Assembly: GCF_003633715.1 (NCBI RefSeq)
Contig: NZ_RBIE01000001.1
Location: forward strand, 931,931-963,930
Length of the DNA stretch: 32,000 nt
Reading direction: 5' to 3'
DNA from: Thermovibrio guaymasensis
GTDB taxonomy: Bacteria > Aquificota > Aquificia > Desulfurobacteriales > Desulfurobacteriaceae
Under the pieces are notes generated by a model. It had not been told where the DNA came from, did not search any database, and saw nothing but the letters and a program-made list of their open reading frames with translations. Below, one piece after another: positions 25,844 through 32,000 of this stretch. Both the position numbers and the translations under genes were made by a program. How positions within the stretch are numbered: the first letter of the stretch is position 1; the number at the start of each line of letters is the position of its first letter.

Positions 25844-28450
25844 TTATACCTGATGGAGAGCAGAAGCCCCTTCCTTTTCAATCTCAACCTGCTCCTTTAC
25901 GTACCTGTAGTAGTTAAACAGAGAATCAACAACTCCATTTTCTATGTTTGAAATGAGGTCCTCAAAGAGGAGAAAGGCCTCCTTCTTAAACTCAATAACT
26001 GGATCCCTCTGACCGTAACCTCTCCAGCCAATACTTTCTTTAATGTGGTCTAGAGCTCTTAAGTGCTCTCTCCAGTAGTGGTCAAGACGGTCAAGCATAA
26101 CCATCCTTTCAATTTCCCTCAACTGTCCTTCACCAACTAAGCTCTCAAGCTCTTGGTACTTCTTAACTAAAGTATCGTAGATAATTTTGGCCAACTTCTC
26201 CCTGTCATTAAAGGCACCTTCAATCTGGAGCTCCACAAGCCCGTTGTAGGTCTCGGGAATCGGAAATTCAAAACCAAAGCGTGTTTCAAGGGTCTTCTTA
26301 AGGTCTTTAAGGTTCCACTCATCTGGCAACATACTCTCTGGAGCAAAGATGTCAACAAGTTCCCAAGCTATATCCTCAAAGAACCCAAGTATCTCCTCTT
26401 TAAAGTTCTCTCCTTCTAAGATTCTGTTCCTCTGCTCGTAGATAACCTTCCTCTGAACGTTGTAGACCTCATCGTACTCAAGGAGCCTCTTCCTAATCTG
26501 GAAGTTCTGCTCCTCAACCCTCCTCTGTGCGTTCTCAAGGGCCTTACTCACCATCTTGTGGGTTATTGGCTCATCCTCAGGAACGTTCATAATCTCCATC
26601 ATCTTCTTAATTCTGTCCGAACCAAAGAGCCTCAGGAGGTTATCCTCTAAGGAAAGGAAAAATCTTGACTCTCCAGGATCTCCTTGCCTTCCGGCACGAC
26701 CTCTTAACTGGTTGTCAATCCTCCTAGACTCGTTCCTCTCCGTTCCAATTATGTAAAGGCCTCCAAGCTCCTTAACTTTTTCCTTCTCTTTCTCGGTAAT
26801 CTCCTTGTACTTTTTAAGAGTTTCCCTGTAAATTTCCTCGTACTTTTCCTTACCAACCTTCTCAGGAGTTATCCCTCTCTCTCTGAGCTCCCTCTTTGCA
26901 AGGAAGTCAGGGTTACCTCCGAGGAGAATATCAGTTCCCCTACCTGCCATATTTGTGGCGATAGTAACAGCCCCAAGCCTTCCTGCCTGAGCCACAATCT
27001 CTGCTTCCTTCTCGTGGTACTTAGCGTTAAGAACCTGATGGGGAATTCCCCTCTTCTTTAATAACCTTGATAGGTACTCTGAGTCTTCAATTGAGTTGGT
27101 TCCCACCAAAACTGGACGGCCAATCTTATAGTTCTTCTCAATTTCCTTTACTACCGCCTCAAACTTCGCCCTCTTTGTCTTAAAAATTAAGTCTGGATGG
27201 TCCTTCCTAATTACAGGTTTGTTCGTCGGAATAACTACAACATCAAGACCGTAGATCTCTTTAAGTTCAGCCGCTTCTGTCTCTGCAGTACCCGTCATAC
27301 CAGCCAACTTCTTATAGAGCCTGAAGTAGTTCTGGAGAGTAATCGTCGCAAGGGTCTGGTTCTCAGCCTCAATCTTTACCCCCTCTTTCGCCTCTACTGC
27401 CTGGTGAAGACCGTCGCTCCAGCGCCTTCCCGGCATTATCCTTCCTGTAAACTCATCAACAATCACCACTTTTCCATCTTTAACTACGTAGTCAACGTCC
27501 TTCTTGAAGAGGTGGTGGGCCCTTAAAGACTGGATAATTGCGTGGAGGAGGTCTGAAAACTTTGGGTCGTAGAGGTTAAAGTCTTTCATTCCTGTCATTT
27601 TCTTTACAATCTCTTCCACCCTCTTAATTCCCTCGTCGGTCAAAACGGCAGTCTTGGTCTTCTCCTCTACCTTAAAGTCCCTATCTTTCTTAAGCTGGCG
27701 GACTATTCCATCTGCAATGTAGTAAACGTCAACGCTCTCCTCTGAAGGACCAGAAATAATTAAGGGAGTTCTTGCCTCATCTATGAGAATTGAGTCTGCC
27801 TCGTCAACTATTGCGTAGAAGAGGTCCCTTTGAACCTTATCCTCCTTTGAAAAGACCATGTTATCCCTTAAGTAGTCAAAACCAAACTCAGAGTTGGTTC
27901 CGTAGGTTATATCCCGAGAGTACATCTCCTTCCTTTCTTCCTTCTCCATCTGATTTTGGAGGAATCCAACGGTCAAACCTAAGTAGTTGTAGACAGGACC
28001 CATTAACTCGGCGTCCCTCTTAGCAAGGTAGTCATTAACGGTAACAATGTGAACGCCTTTACCCGCAAGGGCGTTAAGGTAGGCAGGAAGGGTTGCAACA
28101 AGAGTTTTACCCTCACCGGTCTTCATCTCCGCGATATTTCCTCTGTGAAGGACTATTCCACCTAAGAGCTGAACATCGTAGTGGCGCATCCCTAAAGTTC
28201 TCTTTGCAGCCTCCCTAACTGCAGCAAAGGCTTCAGGGAGGATTTTGTCCATGTACTTAAACTTCTCTTCGTCTGTAGGGAGTTTCTCTATCTCTGAACG
28301 CCACTTGGCAGTTAAAGACCGGAGCTCCTCCTTACTCTTCTTCTCAAACTCTTTCTCAAGGGAATTTATCCTTTCAACTATGGGCTTTAACTTCTTAATT
28401 ACCCTTTCATTCCTACTTCCAAATATCTTGGTCAAAACAGCATTAATCAT
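25844..28450 (-). CDS. secA: Preprotein translocase ATPase SecA
   Basis: MKTGEGKTLVATLPAYLNAL, SVDYADSILIDEARTPLI-like region VDEADSILIDEARTPLIISG, GRAGRQGDPG; GGAGG SD. Confidence 0.98.
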   Translation of the reverse strand: MINAVLTKIFGSRNERVIKKLKPIVERINSLEKEFEKKSKEELRSLTAKWRSEIEKLPTDEEKFKYMDKILPEAFAAVREAAKRTLGMRHYDVQLLGGIVLHRGNIAEMKTGEGKTLVATLPAYLNALAGKGVHIVTVNDYLAKRDAELMGPVYNYLGLTVGFLQNQMEKEERKEMYSRDITYGTNSEFGFDYLRDNMVFSKEDKVQRDLFYAIVDEADSILIDEARTPLIISGPSEESVDVYYIADGIVRQLKKDRDFKVEEKTKTAVLTDEGIKRVEEIVKKMTGMKDFNLYDPKFSDLLHAIIQSLRAHHLFKKDVDYVVKDGKVVIVDEFTGRIMPGRRWSDGLHQAVEAKEGVKIEAENQTLATITLQNYFRLYKKLAGMTGTAETEAAELKEIYGLDVVVIPTNKPVIRKDHPDLIFKTKRAKFEAVVKEIEKNYKIGRPVLVGTNSIEDSEYLSRLLKKRGIPHQVLNAKYHEKEAEIVAQAGRLGAVTIATNMAGRGTDILLGGNPDFLAKRELRERGITPEKVGKEKYEEIYRETLKKYKEITEKEKEKVKELGGLYIIGTERNESRRIDNQLRGRAGRQGDPGESRFFLSLEDNLLRLFGSDRIKKMMEIMNVPEDEPITHKMVSKALENAQRRVEEQNFQIRKRLLEYDEVYNVQRKVIYEQRNRILEGENFKEEILGFFEDIAWELVDIFAPESMLPDEWNLKDLKKTLETRFGFEFPIPETYNGLVELQIEGAFNDREKLAKIIYDTLVKKYQELESLVGEGQLREIERMVMLDRLDHYWREHLRALDHIKESIGWRGYGQRDPVIEFKKEAFLLFEDLISNIENGVVDSLFNYYRYVKEQVEIEKEGASALHQV

Positions 28451-28506
28451 CCTTTCCTCCGGAATTAGTTTTAAACCTTAATTGAATCCATAAAAGTTGG
28501 AAGGAT

Positions 28507-28761
28507 CTAGGGAGAAGCCCTTGGAGGTGAAGATGGAAGGTGGTAAGACGGTTTTAAACTAAAGGAGTAATTAAAGGAAATAGCGCTCCTTTCACCCCTT
28601 TCTCTAAGCTCCTGTTTAGATACAGCCTCTTTAGAAGTTTTACTAAGGATTAGTTCAACTTTCGGAGAGTCTTCAAACGAAAAAGAGTACCCTGTTGGCG
28701 TGTAGCTGCAGGTAAAGACCGTTAGAAAAACAATACCAACTATTAAGCTCTTAAATCTCAT
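28507..28761 (-). CDS. Small exported uncharacterised protein
   Basis: ATG at 28761 (tracked TTG at 28767); signal-like MRFKSLIVGIVFLTVFTCS; consensus promoter just upstream. Confidence 0.55.
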   Translation of the reverse strand: MRFKSLIVGIVFLTVFTCSYTPTGYSFSFEDSPKVELILSKTSKEAVSKQELRERGERSAISFNYSFSLKPSYHLPSSPPRASP

Positions 28762-28770
28762 AGCCAATTA

Positions 28771-28799
28771 ATAATATTTCATTCAAACTTAAATGTCAA
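28771..28799 (-). promoter_or_regulatory. Sigma70 promoter TTGACA-N17-TATTAT
   Basis: Plus-strand TGTCAA at 28794-28799 and ATAATA at 28771-28776 with exactly 17 nt between. Confidence 0.8.
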
Positions 28800-29538
28800 A
28801 AACAGCACTCTGGTTTGGAAGTATTGGCTTAACCTTATCCCTAACGCCACAGACAAAGCTGTAACTGAGAAGCCTTTCAAGGGCTCTCTCCCCCTTCACG
28901 TAGTAGGGAATAACGTGCCAAGTTCCAAAGTGAATAGGAATCAGATACTTAGCTTTCAAAATCCTAAACCCCTTTACGGCCTCTTCAGGAGTCTGATGGA
29001 ATTTCCTAAAGAAAGGCATAAAACCACCAATTGGAAGGAGAGCAAAATCTATCCCTTTAAACTTCTCAGCCCAGAGCTGGTACAGGTTCTCAGAAAAGGC
29101 CGTATCCCCTCCAAAGAGAAACTTCACTGAATCTACTTCAAAGACAAAACCTCCAACGCCTGTATCAGGGTAAAAGAGGTTTCTCCCCCTGTTGTGAAAT
29201 ACCGGAATTTTCGTTATTTTTACGTTTTTATAGGTAAAAGTTTCAAAGTCCTTAAGCTCAACAACCCTTTCGCTCTTTATGACCTTACCGCACTTTTCAG
29301 GTGTAACTATGGGGAACTTACCACCTAACCGCCTGATAGTTTTAAGGTCAAGGTGGTCGTAGTGGGCGTGGGAGATGAGAACGACATCAGGGGAGAGCTC
29401 TTCAGGCTCTTTTGAGGGAGGAACTAACCTCTTTATACCTCCTGCAGAAAAGGTAAGGAACGGATCGATTAAGACTTCCAAACCGCCAATCTTTACCGAG
29501 AAAGTTGAATGACCTAAATTTTCTATCTGTAGTGTCAT
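28789..29538 (-). CDS. Metal-dependent hydrolase, metallo-beta-lactamase fold (UPF0173-like)
   Basis: LGHSTFSVKIGGLEVLIDPFL, SHAHYDHLD, GGDTAFSEN, HFGTWHV. ATG at 29538 chosen over the tracked 29646. Confidence 0.93.
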   Translation of the reverse strand: MTLQIENLGHSTFSVKIGGLEVLIDPFLTFSAGGIKRLVPPSKEPEELSPDVVLISHAHYDHLDLKTIRRLGGKFPIVTPEKCGKVIKSERVVELKDFETFTYKNVKITKIPVFHNRGRNLFYPDTGVGGFVFEVDSVKFLFGGDTAFSENLYQLWAEKFKGIDFALLPIGGFMPFFRKFHQTPEEAVKGFRILKAKYLIPIHFGTWHVIPYYVKGERALERLLSYSFVCGVRDKVKPILPNQSAVFDI

Positions 29539-29572
29539 GGAGTTGAGTTTATCAAACTTAGGGGAGATTACA

Positions 29573-30325
29573 ATGGAAAAGGGATTTAGGGATATAGAGG
29601 AGTTTTTCCTCAGGGCAGAAAAGGAGATGCAGAAGAGCTCCACCATTACCCAGAAGAGGAGGAAAGCTCAAAAGACTGAAACGAGGGAAGAGCTCATCTC
29701 AAAGATAAAGAACCTAACCGAGAAGTTAAAGGGAAAGGATAGGAAGATTAAGGAGCTCTTTAGCGAGATTGCGGTCCTCCGAGATAAGCTTGAGGCTTAC
29801 AGGAACAGAGAGAGAGAGCTTAAGAGGAAGGAAGAGGAACTAAAGCAAATAGACCAGTTTAAGAAAAGGATAAAAAACCTTCAGGAGGAAGTTTCAAAGC
29901 TTAAGGGAGAACTCAAGGAGAAGGAAAGCCAAATAGAGACTTTGAAAGCCCAGGAAGTTCCTAAACCTAAGGTAGAACTCTTCATTGAAGTAGCTCTAAA
30001 CTCCGTATCTGAACTTGTAACCGGAAAGAATAAAGTAAAAGTTCTGTTTTCTAAAAGGTTCAGAAAAGACATGGTAAAGGAAGTCTCTGTTCGCCCCTTC
30101 CTCTTTAACAGCTTTATTTCCGCCCTTGAAAGGATTGAATCAACCTCAAGGCTCTTAAAGAGAGATGCAAAGCACGACATATACAGAATAAGGGTTACAT
30201 CTCCCTACGGGGAGTACAGGGCTATCTACCTAAAGCTTGAAGGAGATACTGTAAAGTTCGTCCGCTTCGGCCAGAGGGACTCAATCTACAAGGAGCTTGA
30301 TGCCTGCGGCTGGAGTTTCAGTTGA
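29573..30325 (+). CDS. Coiled-coil protein with C-terminal RelE/ParE-toxin-like segment
   Basis: ATG at 29573 with GGGGAG SD; long K/E-rich coiled coil then FSKRFRKDM...YRIRVTSPYGEYRAIYLKLEGDTVKFVRFGQRDSIYKEL. Confidence 0.8.
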   Translation: MEKGFRDIEEFFLRAEKEMQKSSTITQKRRKAQKTETREELISKIKNLTEKLKGKDRKIKELFSEIAVLRDKLEAYRNRERELKRKEEELKQIDQFKKRIKNLQEEVSKLKGELKEKESQIETLKAQEVPKPKVELFIEVALNSVSELVTGKNKVKVLFSKRFRKDMVKEVSVRPFLFNSFISALERIESTSRLLKRDAKHDIYRIRVTSPYGEYRAIYLKLEGDTVKFVRFGQRDSIYKELDACGWSFS

Positions 30326-31350
30326 TAATAAAGGACCTTGATAGAGTAAAGGAGGTTATCCGGCTAAGCAAAGAAGAGGAAGAAGCTTTTAAAGAGGTAA
30401 CTAAAGTTTACCCTTTTTCCTCTAGTCTTTACTACTTAAAGGTTGCCTCAAGAAGCGATGCTGTAAGGAAAATGCTCCTTCCATCTCTAGAGGAAGTTGA
30501 CCCTGAGGTTCAGAAGTTCGGACAGGATGACCCTCTAAACGAGGAGGGAGACAAAAAGACCCCCTTCCTAACCCACAGGTATCCAGACAGGGTTTTAATA
30601 GTTACAACGAATCAGTGTCCCGTTCTCTGCCGCTACTGTATGAGGAAGAGGAACTGGAAGTTAAAACCCTTCGTAATAGAAGACAGGGAGATAGACAGAG
30701 CCATTGAATATATAAAGGGAAATCCGAAAGTAAGGGACGTTTTAATCTCTGGAGGGGAACCCCTTTCCCTCCCTGTAGAGAAGCTGGAAAGGCTACTCAT
30801 CGGGCTGAAAAGGATTGAAACCGTTGAAGTAGTTAGGATAGGAACCAGATTGCCAGTCGTTGACCCTGAAAAGGTTTTAAGGGAAGAACTGTTAGGCTTA
30901 ATTGAGAAGGCTGAAAAGGTGTGGATAAACACCCACTTTAACCACCCAGACGAAATAACTCCTGAAGCTAAGGAAGCCTGCAGGGCTCTCTTAAAGAGCT
31001 CCGCTCCGGTAAACAACCAAACAGTCCTCTTAAAGGGAGTAAACGATTCGGCAGATACTCTAGAAAGGCTCTTTAGAGGCCTCCAGAAGATAAAGGTTCG
31101 CCCCTACTACCTGTTCCACTGCGATCCGGTAAAGGGAGTAATGCACTTTTCAACAACAATAACGAAGGGACTTGAGATTTTGAGGGAGCTCTTTAGGAGA
31201 ATCTCTCCACTGGCAATTCCTTACTACGCAGTTGACGGCCTCGGAGGTTACGGAAAGGTTCCCCTTCTTCCCAAAAGGTTTAAAAAGGTAGGAGACCATT
31301 ACACCTTTGAATCGTTTAAAGGAGAGATATTCACAATGGCGGATAGATAG
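30322..31350 (+). CDS. KamA-family radical SAM protein (lysine 2,3-aminomutase / EpmB-like)
   Basis: TTG start overlapping the upstream stop by 4 nt; TTNQCPVLCRYCMRKRNW, LISGGEPLSLP, INTHFNHPDEITPEA, VNNQTVLLKGVND, PYYLFHCD. Confidence 0.92.
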   Translation: MIIKDLDRVKEVIRLSKEEEEAFKEVTKVYPFSSSLYYLKVASRSDAVRKMLLPSLEEVDPEVQKFGQDDPLNEEGDKKTPFLTHRYPDRVLIVTTNQCPVLCRYCMRKRNWKLKPFVIEDREIDRAIEYIKGNPKVRDVLISGGEPLSLPVEKLERLLIGLKRIETVEVVRIGTRLPVVDPEKVLREELLGLIEKAEKVWINTHFNHPDEITPEAKEACRALLKSSAPVNNQTVLLKGVNDSADTLERLFRGLQKIKVRPYYLFHCDPVKGVMHFSTTITKGLEILRELFRRISPLAIPYYAVDGLGGYGKVPLLPKRFKKVGDHYTFESFKGEIFTMADR

Positions 31351-31355
31351 ATTAA

Positions 31356-31376
31356 AGGGGGAAGGGAATTCCCCCT
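31356..31376. terminator. Hairpin between convergent genes
   Basis: AGGGGGAA-GGGAA-TTCCCCCT, 8-bp perfect stem with 5-nt loop; only weak T/A flanks. Confidence 0.6.
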
Positions 31377-31378
31377 AA

Positions 31379-32000
31379 TTAGTAAACTGTAACCTCTCCG
31401 CTAACTAGCTTCTTCCAGGTGTTCTTCATATCTGCAAGGCAATCTCTAACTATAACTTCAACTTTTGGCTGGAAGGCCTCTGTAGGCTCAGAGCTCCTAA
31501 CCTTCACATCAACGGCTAGAGGCTGGTTTACAGGCTTTCCGATCTGGCTCACCATGTAAACGTAAGCCTCTTCAATCTCAGGGATTTCCTCAACAACCTT
31601 CCTGGCGATTTCGTTTGAAGTTATGTTATAGAGCTTTCCGACGTGGGTAATTGGGTTCTTTCCTGCAGCTGCCTCAAGGCTCATAGGTCTATATGGGGTA
31701 ATTAGACCGTTAACCCTGTTACCCCTTCCGACTTCTCCGTCGTCTCCGGCTTCGGCGCTCGTCCCAGTAACGGTTATGTAAACGTTACCCCTTTCTAGGT
31801 CGTCACCTGTGTTAACTTCAACCTCAACTTCACGGTCTGTAAACTTCTTTGCAACTTCAGTAGCTATCTTCTTAACGTTCTCCCTCTTCTGGGCATAGTC
31901 ATTAACGTCCTTAACAAACCTATCAACGAAGGCACAGGCAACTGTAACCTTGATTTTCTCTCCAACCCTTACGCCCATTACTTTAATATCTTCGCCAATC
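31379..32000 (-). CDS. Archaeal-type methionine adenosyltransferase (partial, 5' end beyond window)
   Basis: Frame stays open to base 32000 ([32 protein letters not shown]); [47 protein letters not shown] is characteristic of the archaeal MAT family. Confidence 0.93.
   Translation of the reverse strand, partial: IGEDIKVMGVRVGEKIKVTVACAFVDRFVKDVNDYAQKRENVKKIATEVAKKFTDREVEVEVNTGDDLERGNVYITVTGTSAEAGDDGEVGRGNRVNGLITPYRPMSLEAAAGKNPITHVGKLYNITSNEIARKVVEEIPEIEEAYVYMVSQIGKPVNQPLAVDVKVRSSEPTEAFQPKVEVIVRDCLADMKNTWKKLVSGEVTVY

Noticed and set aside
29539-29646. N-terminal extension of the metallo-hydrolase ORF
   Set aside because: It runs into the divergent coiled-coil gene; MTLQIENLGHSTF is the natural start of UPF0173-like proteins.
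1-32000. CRISPR arrays, tRNA/rRNA genes, prophage, integrase/transposase
   Set aside because: Intergenic space is minimal and nothing in it shows direct repeats or cloverleaf-like sequence; no mobile-element proteins in the ORF track.

Overview
This is a compact, gene-dense chromosomal window. It looks like a thermophilic Aquificota / Desulfurobacteriaceae-like bacterium, an inference from gene content that a search should confirm. I see no CRISPR array, tRNA/rRNA, transposon, prophage or classical defence island. About 35 genes are supported. The - strand (6.6-16 kb) carries a run of 12 closely packed genes: murJ, lgt, ilvE, a RACo-like ASKHA/2Fe-2S protein, a DUF4911-like protein, gspG, rlmB, an unknown, ntrB-like, ntrC-like and two ferredoxins. 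A second - strand run is secA, a LysM/NlpC-P60 protein, an HtrA protease and a sigma-70 factor. On the + strand are prfA, a heme-type radical SAM plus hemE pair, trkA/trkH, glcD, motA with tandem motB1/motB2, and a coiled-coil protein with a KamA-like radical SAM enzyme. The window ends in a partial archaeal-type methionine adenosyltransferase. There is no obvious large new system. The items most worth following up are: (1) a coiled-coil protein whose C-terminus looks like a RelE/ParE-type toxin domain, translationally coupled to a KamA/EpmB-like enzyme; (2) a cysteine-rich lipoprotein with an internally duplicated Cys motif around an aromatic heptad coiled coil; (3) an orphan protein with an Rx4H motif; (4) terminators that overlap coding sequence, and possible leaderless promoters; (5) a marked excess of GAGCTC.
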